In this document: positions 1 to 12,427 of the stretch, one piece after another | Numbering within the stretch: the stretch's first letter is position 1 | How the letters are laid out: every line of letters begins with the position of its first letter | NCBI GenBank assembly: GCA_000442015.1 | Contig: KE561165.1 | Location: 1 to 32,168 of the forward strand | DNA: 32,168 bases | Direction: 5' to 3' | From: Rozella allomycis CSF55 | Lineage: Eukaryota | The notes under the pieces: generated by a model | The model's input: the letters and a program-made list of their open reading frames with translations, nothing else | Told to the model about the DNA's origin: nothing | The model's database searches: none | Position numbers and translations under genes: made by a program

Positions 1-472
1 CAAAAACGAAAATAGTTCATCCGTGCAATCGCTAACAAAAGACTCAGATGTAAAAGCAAACGACAACAAGTCGTCTCAGAAGTCATTAAATAAAGTTAAA
101 GGCGAAAACTCCTCACAGAAATCATTAAATGCAACTGCCTCGAAGCAATCACTCAAGAAGGCTGCATCAGAAAAATCGATAGCGTCAAAAGACTCGACTT
201 TTGCTACAAAGAAAGAAGTGGGTAAATCATTATCATCTATCAAGAATTCTCGCAAGTCATTAAAGGATTCAAAGTCATCGCTACCAGAGAAGGAGCCTCG
301 CGCCTCATCAGCTTCCAATAAAAGTTCAAAAGGATCAAATGCATATGTTGCTGAAAAGTCTCAAACAGTTCCTAGAGCTAGCTCTGTTCCTTTAGATAGA
401 ATTTTGAATAATGACGTCCCAACAAATTCTGTGGAAAAATTGCCAGAGCAAGTAAACAAACTTACAAATTAA
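1..472 (+). CDS. 3' end of a gene encoding a Ser/Lys-rich low-complexity protein (5' part outside the window)
   Basis: Open frame running to TAA at 470-472, with repeated S-Q/E-K-S-L motifs and AATAAA just downstream; no recognisable domain. Confidence 0.6.
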   Translation, partial: KNENSSSVQSLTKDSDVKANDNKSSQKSLNKVKGENSSQKSLNATASKQSLKKAASEKSIASKDSTFATKKEVGKSLSSIKNSRKSLKDSKSSLPEKEPRASSASNKSSKGSNAYVAEKSQTVPRASSVPLDRILNNDVPTNSVEKLPEQVNKLTN

Positions 473-595
473 TGCTTTGAAAAATAAAAACAATTCTTCT
501 AAATGACTAAATCTTACATCGTTATATTCCATAGTTACAGTATTGACATTGTGTCACTTGCGTTTTGTGGCTGAAGTCACGTTGCCTAAAATTTT

Positions 596-1867
596 ATGTG
601 GCTCTATTACATTCTACTATTGTTAGTCTTGCACAAGACTCATTGCCAGACGCTCGAAGATTTTAATTACTCCACTATTCCAAACTGTGTCAAACACGAA
701 TTTAGAGTCGAGAGATTCTTTTATGCTAGCTCGGAATCGCTAATGTGTACAGCAAAGAGATATAGAGATGGAAAAGATGTTATCATCAAATATTACGCAA
801 GAGAATCTAAAGTACAAGATGAAAATGAGATTCTTAACAAATTCATGCGAGAATTGAGGGGGTTGAAATTGTTAGAGAGCTCCCCTTTCTTTCCAAATGT
901 AGTTTGTAAATTGCCAACAGATATGGATGATGATTACTTTGTGCTCGTCGTCGATGCATTTCCAGTTACGAATCTCGCTTCATATCAAAAATTTAGTCTC
1001 AGTGAACTTGTCAATTTCACTTCCAAAGTCTCTCTTGCTTTAGAACATGCAGCCATTCAAGGATTAATAATTCAAAATTTAAGCCCAAAAAATATCTACT
1101 TGAACGAAGGACGAGTTTTTATTGTGGATTTGTCATATGCAGTTACTTCACACGATCAGCTTATTAAACCTAAAGCTTCACCATACAGTGCGCCAGAAAA
1201 TATATGGTCAAAGAGCACGGATTTGTTTAGCCTTGGAGTCATTTTATTTGAATTACATGCAAAAAGTGTTGGTATTTCTGGTGATACAAGGTATCCTTTT
1301 TGGATTGTTGAAGGTGAGTATTTTCCTCGCCCAAGAGAAGCTAACTTTAATCCTTATGTCTATGCCATGACAAGGCCAATGTTGTCATTGGACCTCGCTA
1401 AAAGACGACTCTTTCCTGCAAATCCAAATTTTTTCTTTGCTTGGTCAATTAGAGATTCTAGAAACAAACGGTCGACTATAAAAAATTTGACCTATCGGGA
1501 TATCATTAATAATGTAGATATCGTCAGAAATATTCCAAATTCTGATTTTGATTCGGTACTTGAATTTATCGATGAATATCTTTCATTGAAAGAATCTAGC
1601 GCGAATGAAAAAATCGTATTGGAACATCAGTTAAAAATTTTAAGATATATTAATCATCAGATGGACATGGAATTGAGAATTGTAAATTCACATTCTGCTT
1701 CGGAGCAAGCGAAAACTTCAGCAATAGAGACAATCAAGGTAATCAAAAAAATGGAAGACAGCGCGCGTAATGATATTAAGTCAATTAAGCAAAATTTACA
1801 AAGAAATGAGGTTGAAATGAATGAGCTAAAAGCCAAAATATTCAATTTGTGTCAAATAAATTATTAA
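596..1867 (+). CDS. Signal-peptide-bearing protein kinase-like protein (probable pseudokinase) with a C-terminal coiled coil
   Basis: Hydrophobic N-terminus MWLYYILLLLVLHKTHC; kinase landmarks VIIK, IQNLSPKNI (HRD position), VDLSYA (DFG position), YSAPE and DLFSLGVILFEL; heptad-rich C-terminus; intronless 423 aa. Confidence 0.8.
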   Translation: MWLYYILLLLVLHKTHCQTLEDFNYSTIPNCVKHEFRVERFFYASSESLMCTAKRYRDGKDVIIKYYARESKVQDENEILNKFMRELRGLKLLESSPFFPNVVCKLPTDMDDDYFVLVVDAFPVTNLASYQKFSLSELVNFTSKVSLALEHAAIQGLIIQNLSPKNIYLNEGRVFIVDLSYAVTSHDQLIKPKASPYSAPENIWSKSTDLFSLGVILFELHAKSVGISGDTRYPFWIVEGEYFPRPREANFNPYVYAMTRPMLSLDLAKRRLFPANPNFFFAWSIRDSRNKRSTIKNLTYRDIINNVDIVRNIPNSDFDSVLEFIDEYLSLKESSANEKIVLEHQLKILRYINHQMDMELRIVNSHSASEQAKTSAIETIKVIKKMEDSARNDIKSIKQNLQRNEVEMNELKAKIFNLCQINY

Positions 1868-2184
1868 CTAGACTTTGCTTAATTTTCATATTAAAGACGT
1901 TATATCTGATTTTCAAAGGTCTAATTTCGATCAAAATATATCAAAAAAATGTACAAGATGTTCTTTAAATGTGCCTTGCTCAAAATTTTCGAATGTTCCG
2001 GAGTCAGTGCACCTTACTGGATCCAGTTAATGAATTACATAAATGAAAAGATTTATATTCAATTCCATTAATCCAGTCTGTTACATACATTATGTTCTTT
2101 GATAAGTTGAACCTTGGGATGTCTTCGAAGGATAAAATAGACACCATCATGGTTCAGAATGCCGACCTGAATCATCGAAAATTT

Positions 2185-3869
2185 GAAAATTTCCGAAAAA
2201 AAGTTCTGTCAAAATCAAGTATCAAAAAGTACCAATTTTTGATAGCAGATAGCAAAACTAATGTTTCCCTACTCAACATTAACCCTAATCTGCCCTAAAT
2301 AACTTCAACCTAACTCTTATCTAACCATAGTCTCNTACTCAACATAAACCCTAATCTGCCCTAAATAACTTCAACCTAACTCTTATCTAACCATAGTCTC
2401 GTTCATTTGTAGCACTATGTAACCCCTGTACTTCATACCAGGGTGTATCATGGAAGATAAACCCGCATTCGAAACACGGTTATCTTATAACGGAATAATG
2501 TTTCTCTTGAATAGAACCGCTTTTTTAAAAAAGTCCAATCAATGGACTGCCTATTACAGGTGTCAGAGATCAAAAGATGGCTGCAGCGCGAAGTTGATAT
2601 TTTCGTCAGATTCTACAGTGCTAAAGGGTAATATACTACTTTGATTGGATATATATAGGAGACCACACATGCCAGATTAAAAATGACAAAATGAATATAA
2701 TTGACGCTATCCAACATCCGCCTTATTCTATTTGTCCTGAAGGGCGTCAAATATTTCGTCGCTACTGGAGCGGCGATGTGAAGGGTGAGCTCCACAAGAT
2801 TCTATTGTGGGCAAGCGATGAAATGCTTGGCCTTTTGCGTCTCAACTCGCATACATTCATTGACGGTACTTTTCGTAGTTCTCCATTGCCTTTTAAACAA
2901 TTAGTGGTTATTATGACGTTTGACCCATCTAGTGAAATGTTTGTTCCATGTTGCTATGCTTTAGTTACAGCTAAAAATGGTTGGCTATACTCAGAGATTT
3001 TTCATATGCTGGTAACTCTCTTAAATTACCGCTGGCTGCCAAAATTGATGACCGCAGATTATGAAAAGGCTTTGATTAAAGCCATAAAAGAATCCTTCCC
3101 GGGTATTAGTTTTGTTGGATGCCTATTTCATTTCCAACAGGCTCTGTATAGGCGTATGGGGAAACTGGGTATGGACCAGCAGGTAAAGGACTGGCTAATA
3201 AAATTAACGCCAATGCTCACAGTGGTCAACCCGGATCACATTAGCATCGCAATTGACTTCATTAAAGAAAGATGCAAGAATCAAGTTTCAGTTGAAGCCC
3301 TAACTCTAATAGGTAGGTTTTTTCTATATTTTGAAAATACTTGGATGAAGTCTTATGAAATTCAAGACTGGAACGTATATCACCTTCGCGGGAATCCAGA
3401 ATTGATGAATAGAACAAACAACTGTTGTGAATCCGACAATAGAAGAATAAATGAAAAGTTCCCTACGACACACCCTCCCTTGAGCACATTCATTGGCGTT
3501 ATACAATCTGAAATATTTTACTTCTCGAAGAGACTCGAGTGTATACGGAAAGGTATCGAGCAAGTTCCTTTTACTGAAAAATTTGTTGACATTCCGTTGA
3601 TACCAATTGAACTTGAAGAGTTCATAAATGAAAAACGAATTAACAAATAAATTATTTAGATATCTATTTTTGTTCATTTATTCTTAAGACAAACTGTAGA
3701 ATTTATTGAACTTTTTTCGGAAATTTTCGGGAGTTTTGGCAAATACTTAAATGAAATATGTTTTACATTGAATAATTTTTTCTTCAAAAAATAGTAAAAG
3801 TTGATTCACNTGTTCATTTTTTCTTAAGACAAACTGTAGAATTTATTGAACTTTTTTTCGGAAATTTTC
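2185..3869. repeat. 22-bp inverted repeat pair flanking the MULE ORF (2185-2206 and 3848-3869; near-copy at 3708-3729)
   Basis: GAAAATTTCCGAAAAAAAGTTC and its exact reverse complement. Confidence 0.55.
2450..3650 (+). mobile_element. Mutator (MULE) DDE transposase with an N-terminal FLYWCH/WRKY-like Zn finger; one 31-nt intron at 2628-2658; about 389 aa
   Basis: YYRC-x5-C...H-x-C completed by splicing; catalytic motifs IDGTF, MTADYE, GCLFH (CxxH) and RTNNCCES. Confidence 0.9.
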
Positions 3870-4114
3870 GGGAGTTTTGGCAAATACTTAAATAAAATAT
3901 GTTNATAGGCATTATTAAGTATTTGTACCTAGTCGACTTAATATTTTCTAATAGTAGTCCTATTCCATTAACTTGTTCATTAAAAGTTTCATCATTTCAA
4001 GTCATCAATTTATAACTTCTTAAAATAAACTTTAATCAGATAAAAAATTTCGTTAAAGTCTATCTTTTTAGTAAATTTCAAAAAAGAATTTACTACTTTT
4101 ATTTAGAAAAAAAT

Positions 4115-4385
4115 TTAGATAAATTTTAATTAAAATAATAAGAATTATTATTTGTTTAATACAAATGATTTTTTAATTGAATATTTTTAATGAAGAAAAT
4201 CTTAACTTCGAAATATCAAAAATATTTTTGCTGATGACAATAGAAAATAAAAAATAACTTAGATAAATTTAATAAAAATTAAAACGATACGTAATATAAT
4301 AAGTTTAATACAAATGATTTCTTTTTCATGAAGAAAATCCTAATTTTGAAATTTCAAAAGTATTTTTGATGATGACAATAGAAAC
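4115..4385. repeat. Diverged ~130-bp direct repeat in a very AT-rich tract
   Basis: Shared blocks TTAGATAAATTT, GTTTAATACAAATGATTT, ATGAAGAAAATC and TGATGACAATAGAAA at ~4115-4245 and ~4259-4385, with no n between the copies. Confidence 0.7.
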
Positions 4386-4649
4386 TTACAATGATTATTT
4401 TTAAGTAAGAATAAAAAATTATTTAATATTATGTTAATTAAAATTTTATTATTTAGTTCCTTTTAAAAACTGATCAACTTTCATCGTCATTTCAAAGTTC
4501 TTGTACTTTGCAACGATCAATTTTGTTAAGTTTTTCTATTTGAGGTCCGGCAGTGACACAACGAAACCATTTTTAATATTATTCTTCATGTCCTTGCTTT
4601 TGCGGTCAAAAAATCAAATTGTGGCGCAGAGGGGGGCACTGGGGGTCGG

Positions 4650-4885
4650 CCCATATGAAATATAACTACCCAACAATTTGACACCATCATTCTGAACTCG
4701 TAAAACTTCAGGTGGGATTAAAGTGATGTCTGGAAGACGGCTAGGCCAAAATAATTCACATTTTGTTATATTTAGATGTAATCCTAAAGAAGTCCCTTCA
4801 ATTTTAATAAATTCAAAAGCCTTATTACCACATCCACTTTGCCCGCTATAAATCCATCGTCGAGGATATATAACTCCGGGCATCT
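4650..4885 (-). mobile_element. Degenerate non-LTR retrotransposon reverse transcriptase fragment (CRE-like)
   Basis: YILDDGFIAG (RT YxDD region), then a frameshift into AFEFIKIEGTSLGLHLNITKCELFWP...GVKLLGSYI. Confidence 0.75.
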
Positions 4886-4957
4886 TTCCCTTACATTTAA
4901 AATTAACTCTTGCAAAACCAGTGAGAAAAGAAGAGGACCTNATTACTTAATTTAGTA

Positions 4958-6677
4958 GTGTGCACAACTACAGATGGCAAAAGTGGCGAAAAGCAGTCTG
5001 CACCTTTGATGAGTTGTTCGAATGAGCTGATTAGAGAAATATATTCATATCTTCCATTAGATGATTCCATCGCGTTACGATCATGTAACCGCATGCTTAA
5101 TGAAAATTTCCGTATTCAAACTACAGAACTTGCGTCCAAGTGTATGGATACGTATATGAAAAATGGCGAATATGATAAATTATCTGATCTTTTGAATTCC
5201 AGAGTATCAAGAACAAGGATACTTGAAAAGAATGATTTGGACACCACACTAAAGTTGTTTATTTATGCGTGTGAAAATACTTCATTGCTTGATCTCTTGG
5301 TGAAGGAAGTGTCGAGACATGAGATATCTTTGAATGAGGTGATCGAAAAGATGCTCGGAGAAAATTGTTTGATATATCATGCGCGTTTGATCATTGACAG
5401 ATATATCAAGCTTGATAAAGATACGATGATCTCGATCATTTCTGGCAACTTTAAACTTTTATTTCAAAAATTTCTACCTCAACTCGATAATAATTTTGGA
5501 TTGGAAGATTTGACTAGTTTTATACAAGCTGCTGTTGAATATGATTCCTTGGATGTTTTTAGGTTACTATTTAGTAAATATGAAGATTTGATTTTCAACA
5601 GCAAAATTTTAGTGTCTGGACCTGAAAATACTGCACAAGATTCTGACTATAGTTTTTATCACTATGTTATAATTAAAGAAGCGGTACAGATTTTTGATTT
5701 TCTGCAAAACTATTATGAATTGGAACATTTTGCACTTTTGGAGTATGTAGACTTCAGCATAAGGGAGAATTGTCCATTGATGGTTGAATACTTTATGAAA
5801 ATGATTGACATTAATTTTGAAACATTTCCACTGTTGCATATATATTTATTAAATCACGATGATTATGAAACAATTGATGTAATGTTTAAGCACTTTGATT
5901 TCTTGTCACAAATGAGAATAATTCTACTTTCTTTTGACGCTAGAACTTCTAGAACGGACATTAATGAACATTTATTTGATAAACACTTGATCACTCTTGA
6001 GCATTTAAAAACTATCGTAAGAATCAATCGTATTTCATTATTCCAAACTGCAGTTACAACATTTACTGGGTTTGACTTGAATTACCTTTTTGATTATGCA
6101 CTGAAAATAGGAAGTTTACAAATAGCTTTTTATTTATTAGAANAAATTGACTCAATCAGAAATATGTTTTATTGTGAAGCAACATACAATAGAGGACTAC
6201 AAGGTAGGTTTGTTAAGCAATGTGATTGATGTTGATGTAGCGATAGAATGTGCTATAGATAATGAACAATTGGGGCCTTTGGACCACCTTTTGTCTATAA
6301 GGCCTTTAATTGATGATCACAAATTAGACAAGATTATCAACAGCTGGCAGCCCTTCTTTTTCGTTATCTTGCTTAAAAATAATTTGGTACCGCGAGAGAG
6401 AATATTGGAAAGGTGTTATCATTTGAATAATTTCGAAATGTTTGATTATTTTTTAGAAACCCACAAAGTTCGTCCTTCCTCTGATTTGATAAAATCTGCG
6501 ATTGAGAATTCCAAGTTTAAATTTCTAAAGTCAATGTTGAAGCATTCTCCAGATATGGCATTCTTAAGAGAATACAAATGTGACTTTCGACAATACCTTT
6601 TGAGGCATTCCAATTTTTCACAAGACAAAATATTGGAACTTTTAAACGTTATGAAAACACATAAAACGAAACAATAA
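4958..6677 (+). CDS. F-box protein with degenerate ankyrin-like helical repeats; frame broken at n 6143; true start uncertain (n at 4941)
   Basis: LMSCSNELIREIYSYLPLDDSIALRSCNRML is F-box-like; repeats such as AAVEYDSLDVFRLLF, ALKIGSLQIAFYLL and AIENSKFKFLKSML. Confidence 0.65.
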
Positions 6678-6685
6678 AGAATATT

Positions 6686-8544
6686 TTATTCAGGTTTGTG
6701 TCTCTTGACTTCGAATTCTGTGTATTCTCCAGTTTCAAATAACGCAACTGGTTGTGTTCTCTTATAAGCATGAGCAACGAATTCAGGATTTTCTTCTGCC
6801 ATTTTAGCATATTTCATTAATGCAGCTCTTGGATCTGATTCATCGCCATACGCTTCTTTGCGCAACATCTGAACCAAATGTTGAGTGTATGCATCACCCA
6901 ACTTGCTGCCTTTAGTTTTTGCTTCATTGGGTAACTCTGGTCGCTTGCTTTTGGCATAATTGTATCTTTCTTGTGCTCTCTTTTCCTTCAAACTGTATGG
7001 CGTTTGCTCTTTAAATAGTGGAAGGGAATTTGGCGCGTAAACTTTTTTATCAGCAGAAACAAAACTCTCAATTTTAGAAGTAAAATGGCGTTTAACACAG
7101 CATAGTACTCCTTTATGACTTCGTTCTTTGTCATATAACGCAGCAACAGATCCTCCACTGCTGCCTGCAAAAATCTTTATTAAAACATTGTAAGTTTATT
7201 ACTTGATTTAACCGTTTGTGCCAATATAGTTTAACAACAGATCCATCCGCTAAATCAATGTTGTTAAGAACTTGTCCAGTGGTTGTTTCATAAGCAATAA
7301 CTCTTCCACTTTCACCAGACCCTTTCTTGGCTGAAGTACCAGTCATAAATAGTTTATTATCTGGACTAAACATCGCACAAGTTTTTTCAAAGACGTTTGG
7401 TAGATTTTCATACTTGAAAAGTGGATCATTAAAGTTTCTCATGTCCCAGACTTTCAATGTGTTGTCCCATGAACGAGATAAAAGTAGGTTTCCGTCCAAA
7501 GAAAAGGAGAGACTCGTTATGTATTTATCCGCTTCATGCGCCATTTTATTCTATAAAAATCAACGATATGAAATTACCTTGATAGGAACAACAAATGGGC
7601 CTTTGGCATTCCATAGCCTGATAGTTCCGTCGTCACTTCCACTTGCTATCACGGACGCATCGTTTTTGTAAGCCACGGCTGAAACTGCAGGTCTCTTGGC
7701 TGCTTTTCCTTTAATCACGATTATGCTCTTTTGGGATTTGTCATTTTCTACATCCCAGATACGAACAGTGCTATCCATTCCACTAGTAATAAATGTATTC
7801 CCATCAAATGGATGCCAATCAGCTGCCATAATTGCATGTGTATGTCCTTTGGTATTCTTCTTATCGCGAAGATATGGATCTCCTTTGCTATAATCACATC
7901 TATTAATTAATATATTTGGTAATATTTTACATTGTGTGTCCATCTCTATCACACATCTTAGCTGACTGGCAAGAAGACGCTACCAAAATTCTATCTCCAG
8001 TCAAACTAAACTTTGCGTCAACAATCTTTTGTTGCTTTAAAATAATAAAGTTACTCCATAGCCTTCAAAAGGTTTTATGGTTCGGAAACTTCTAAACGTA
8101 TCATCCATAGAATTAAAGTCCCAAAGTCTCATTTCATGATCCAAACCTCCTGTAACCATTCTGGAGCCAGCTGGATCAATATGTATGGTGTTCACCAATC
8201 GGCTATGCTGCTTGAGTGTTGCCTGATATGAGATTGGCATATCTCTATCATCATATCCAACCTCTTCGAATTCTTCCTCATCGTCTTCATTGGTTTCAGC
8301 AACCCCTTCTTGAATGGATATACCCTCAGTGCTTTTTTCTATATTTTCAATATTCTTTTCATCGTCATTCTCAATTTTTTCAACGACATCGGTTTCTTCT
8401 GTATTTTCTTCGTCTGTTTCTTCCTCTACTATTTGAGGTTCCTTGTTTTATAAATATATAGGTTTCTACTAAATTGTGCTTTCCAAATGCCATTGGAAAC
8501 ATGGAACGTTTAACGTCTTTAGATATAGGCATTTGGTTCGGCAT
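6686..8544 (-). CDS. WDR70: WD repeat protein WDR70/Gad-1 homolog, multi-exon
   Basis: FPMAFGK N-terminus and acidic linker; DPAGSRMVTGGLD...WDFNSMD; KGDPYLRDKKNTKGH; C-terminal DPRAALMKYA...AYKRTQP. Confidence 0.9.
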
Positions 8545-8702
8545 TCCTAGTGGCTTGGCTTAAGTTTTGGGCAAATGAATGAGATTCAATGTAACATTGG
8601 TGGATCTAAATTTGTACTCTTAGTGAATGAGAAATTCATATGAAAACTCGTGCATTACGCACTGCATTATGAGAGAATTAATTAAGACTCTTTATTTAAA
8701 AA

Positions 8703-11248
8703 CTAAACGTAGTTTGCTGATACCCATTCATGCTGGAGAATAGCAGAGCAATTTGGTCGTTTCTCTGGTACCGGATGCAGTAACATTTTGATTAATGCAA
8801 AACTCTCAGAGGTACATGCGAAAGGCGGTTTAATATTTCCTTGAATAGTTTCATCTACGTCTGGAAAGGGATACTCTGAATATAGCAAAGCGTATAAAAT
8901 GATTCCCAGCGCCCATATATCGTTTTCGTAGCCTAGATATGGTTTTCCTGTACAATGAACCCATGAATTTTATACCTGTTAGTATTTCTGGACTTGCGTA
9001 CTCCATAGTTCCAAAAAATATGTTAAATTTATGGGCGGGTGGGCAAAAGGTTGCCGATCCAAAGTCAATCAATTTTATGTTTCCTTTAGCGTCTATTAGA
9101 ATATTCTCCTCTTTGAGGTCTCTATGCACTATTTGATTGTCATGGCAGTGTTTAACAGCTTCAACAATCTGTTTAAATATACTTGAAGCTACGTATTCCT
9201 CCATGTGCGGATGCTCATCAACATACTGGAATAAATCAGTAGCGTCAGGAAAGTATTCCGTTATGATATAAAATGCGTCAGGGGATTCAAAAGATTCAAT
9301 ATATTTTATGATGTGCTCATTGTTTAATTTTGCAAGGCAGACTATTTCGTTTGGCCTTTCCTCTTCGTTATTCCAGAATTCTTTGCATAGTTTCTTTTTC
9401 GGAATTGTCTTAATAGTCGCCTATAAGATTTAGTAAAGGGGTCATTACCATCTTGTGATCAGCATTTCTGATTCCTAGCATAACTTGACCGTATGTTCCA
9501 GATCCCAAAGTTTTTTGTACAGTATACAATGACTTGATATAGTCAGAAGAGCAAACTTTCGAGTTGTCTGAACCAGACTCGATAATTGGTTTTTGATCGG
9601 CCCTTTGATCATATAATTGCTGATTGTCAGCTAGAGAAAGCCAAAGAACGTAGCCAGGAATTTCATTGTCTAATAATAATGTGTTTATCCTCACATAAAC
9701 ATTAAATATACCTCCATCATAATGGCTAGCCTTCATTTTATACACTTCAACATTCTTTCCATTGTCAACTTCAATCTTTATCTGATTGTTTGGACAATCT
9801 AATACATCAAAGAAGTCAGTAAGTAATTCTCTAACATTTTTATATTTGATGTCATTCAATCTAAAACCAAACATGAAGTTAAGAAAAGTCTCGTTTGCTT
9901 TTATAATTTGCCCGTCTTCATCTATAGCTATCGCCCCTCCAAGATCAAAAAGAAATTCTACTTTCACTATAAATTTAGAAGGATTTGAATTCTCATCTAA
10001 ATGAGCTATAACAGGGTAACAATTTTCTGGTTTTTGTCCAGTTGTAGTGGCATACAACCAAGTGTCCATAAAAAGATCTGTATTTATAATATCATCTAGA
10101 AAGTCTGGCGTAATAGATGGCAAAAATTGTGCAATATTGGCCATAACATAAGACGATCGAAACCCACAAAACGTCATTATAATCGGATCGATGCTAGATA
10201 CACACCCCTCTGATGATCAAGATGACTGATTTACCTTATCATCGCATTCAATTTTACCCGTCAACTTTTTAACAGATTCCATCAGTGCAACTATAACTCT
10301 TCCTTGATCGGTTGTGTTCAGTTTCATGTATATTGATAGCGTCAATATTTCGCCTCCTGTGGTCTTACCTTCAATCATCTAAACAATAAAGATATGTTTT
10401 ACCATGGTTCCATCTAGTAGAGTGATTGAATTAGTAGAATCATCTATCTTTACANTAGTGGAATCATCTATCTTTACAGTCTTTGCTTTATTTATCGCGT
10501 CCTGGATAATTGATGCAGATCTTCTGTCGGGAAACAAGCTAATAAAGTTGATGCAAAGGAATTGGTCATCTTCGTATTCGAATAAACGTCCTGCAAGATA
10601 ATTAAACGAAATGATTTTCTCAGATTCTACATTTAACATAACAAGAGCCCTATCATTTTTCAAAGTAAATGCAATGGATTGTGATATATCTTCAGCAGAA
10701 TCATCAGTAGACTTGAACACCTTGTCCTCTGACAACAACGCAGTGGAGTCATCCAATATCTTTTTCGTCTCCAATTTTGTATATGATGACCTAAAGGAGT
10801 TAATGGAATCAGAATTAAAGTCTTTTAAGTGACGTGGATGATCACTAGAAAATGACCGCCGTGAATAACCATGACTAAGTAATTTGGGAATATTAGCGGA
10901 AGACCTGTTTGTTTGGGTGTTTGTTTTAAATTGGGGGCGTATGGGTATAATGCTATCTTCAAAATTCAAAATGGCCTCGGAGCTCGAAGAAGTGCTATTT
11001 GATGTAGGATCAACAGGATTCGCATTTACTGAGTTGGGTCTAGCTATCTCTACTTTGGTTGACCAGCCATTAAATGAATGTGATTTTTTGTCAGAGAATT
11101 TACCCGGTTCAATCCCAAGTACCATACTATTGTTGTCCTTAGAATCGGCAGATACATTGGATGGTGCATTTATAACTAAATCGGCCATATCATTTGTTGT
11201 CTTTTCTAGATTGCCTATTTCCAGTTTTTCGTCACGGATTGATGGCAT
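8703..11248 (-). CDS. PAS-domain Ser/Thr protein kinase (PASK/Psk-like), multi-exon
   Basis: PAS-like segments (NYLAGRLFEY; IDEDGQIIKANETFLNFMFGF) followed by LGSGTYGQV, VHRDLKEENI, IDFGSA and GTMEYASPEIL. Confidence 0.85.
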
Positions 11249-11310
11249 GGAATCGGAGATTTTTGGCGTAAAATTCTATCATGCTCAAGTAAAATAATTT
11301 ATTTGATGAT

Positions 11311-12365
11311 TTAATTTTTGTTCAACAAAATATTCCATTCTCCATTAGCTAACATGTCACGAAAGATGTCAAGCCCGCCTACAAATTCTCCTTTCACATA
11401 AATTTGAGGATACGTTTGCCAGTCAGAATACGTTTTTAGACCCTGCCTGACGTTTTCATCAGATAATATATCGAAATATCCAAAGTCGTTAACATTGTTA
11501 TCTCTAAATAACTGAATCAATTGACGAGTGAATCCACACTTGGGAGCTGTAGGAGATCCCTTAATAAAGATCATTATTTCCTTTTGGTTTATTAATTTCT
11601 TTAGGCGTTCATTCAAGGATTCAACTCTGGGAAGAATATCGTCAAGCTCTCCAGAGGCATTCATTTCTTTGACAATGTCCAATCCACCAACCAAGTCGCC
11701 ATTCACGTATAATTGAGGATAGGTGGCCCAATCAGAATATAATTTAAGACCTTAACAAATATTCAAAGTATTATTACCTTCTCTAACTTCATTGTCATTA
11801 AGAATGTTAAAGTAACCGAATTGAACCTTCTTTCATTCAGAATAGCTAAAATTTGTCTAGTAAATCCACATTTGGGTTCATGTGGAGTCCCTTTAATAAA
11901 TACCATGACTGGTTCTTGGTTGATTAATTCTTTTAGTCGAGTGTTGATGTCATTTTTCTTTTCGATTTGTACAGGGCTGTTTGCTGCAGATTTAACTGCT
12001 TTAACAATTTTAGAGATATCGGCGCCTTCTATTTTATCCTTGAGTGTCCCATTCTGGAATGAAGAATGAGGATTATATTTACTTGAAAAATGATCACTGT
12101 TGGTACAGATTCAATGTCCAGCTCTGAAGAGACTTCTTCGTGTTTCTCAGCTTCAAGCTTTATTAAATATTTTAAAGAGACTTACGTTTACAAAAGTGAT
12201 CATTCTGTGCTCTTTGGCAAGTTCGCTTATGACATCGTTGACTTGCGAGCAAGGCTTTGCCCAATCAGCCCAAACGTTTACAACAACTGTTTGTTTGGAT
12301 TGGACGATGATTTTAAAGTCTTCAAAGGATCCAGAGAATTGTGAAAGATTTACTTCAGTAACCAT
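11311..12365 (-). CDS. GLRX3: Multidomain monothiol glutaredoxin (Grx3/4, PICOT type): thioredoxin-like domain plus two Grx domains
   Basis: WADWAKPC Trx motif; KGTPHEPKCGFT and KGSPTAPKCGFT; WPTYPQLY and WQTYPQIY...GGLDI; short introns (e.g. 11751-11777). Confidence 0.92.
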
Positions 12366-12427
12366 AGGTGGCTTGGTCCAAAGAAATTCAAAATTAGAGA
12401 TAAGAAGGAATGAGTTTATTATGCTTA

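Noticed and set aside
2275..2400. Tandem ~60-bp duplication with TAACCC-like words (possible telomeric repeat or array)
   Set aside because: The copies abut a single n, so this is a contig overlap artefact; there is no regular telomere unit
3671..3903. ~95-bp direct repeat
   Set aside because: Flanks n 3810; uncollapsed haplotype or contig overlap
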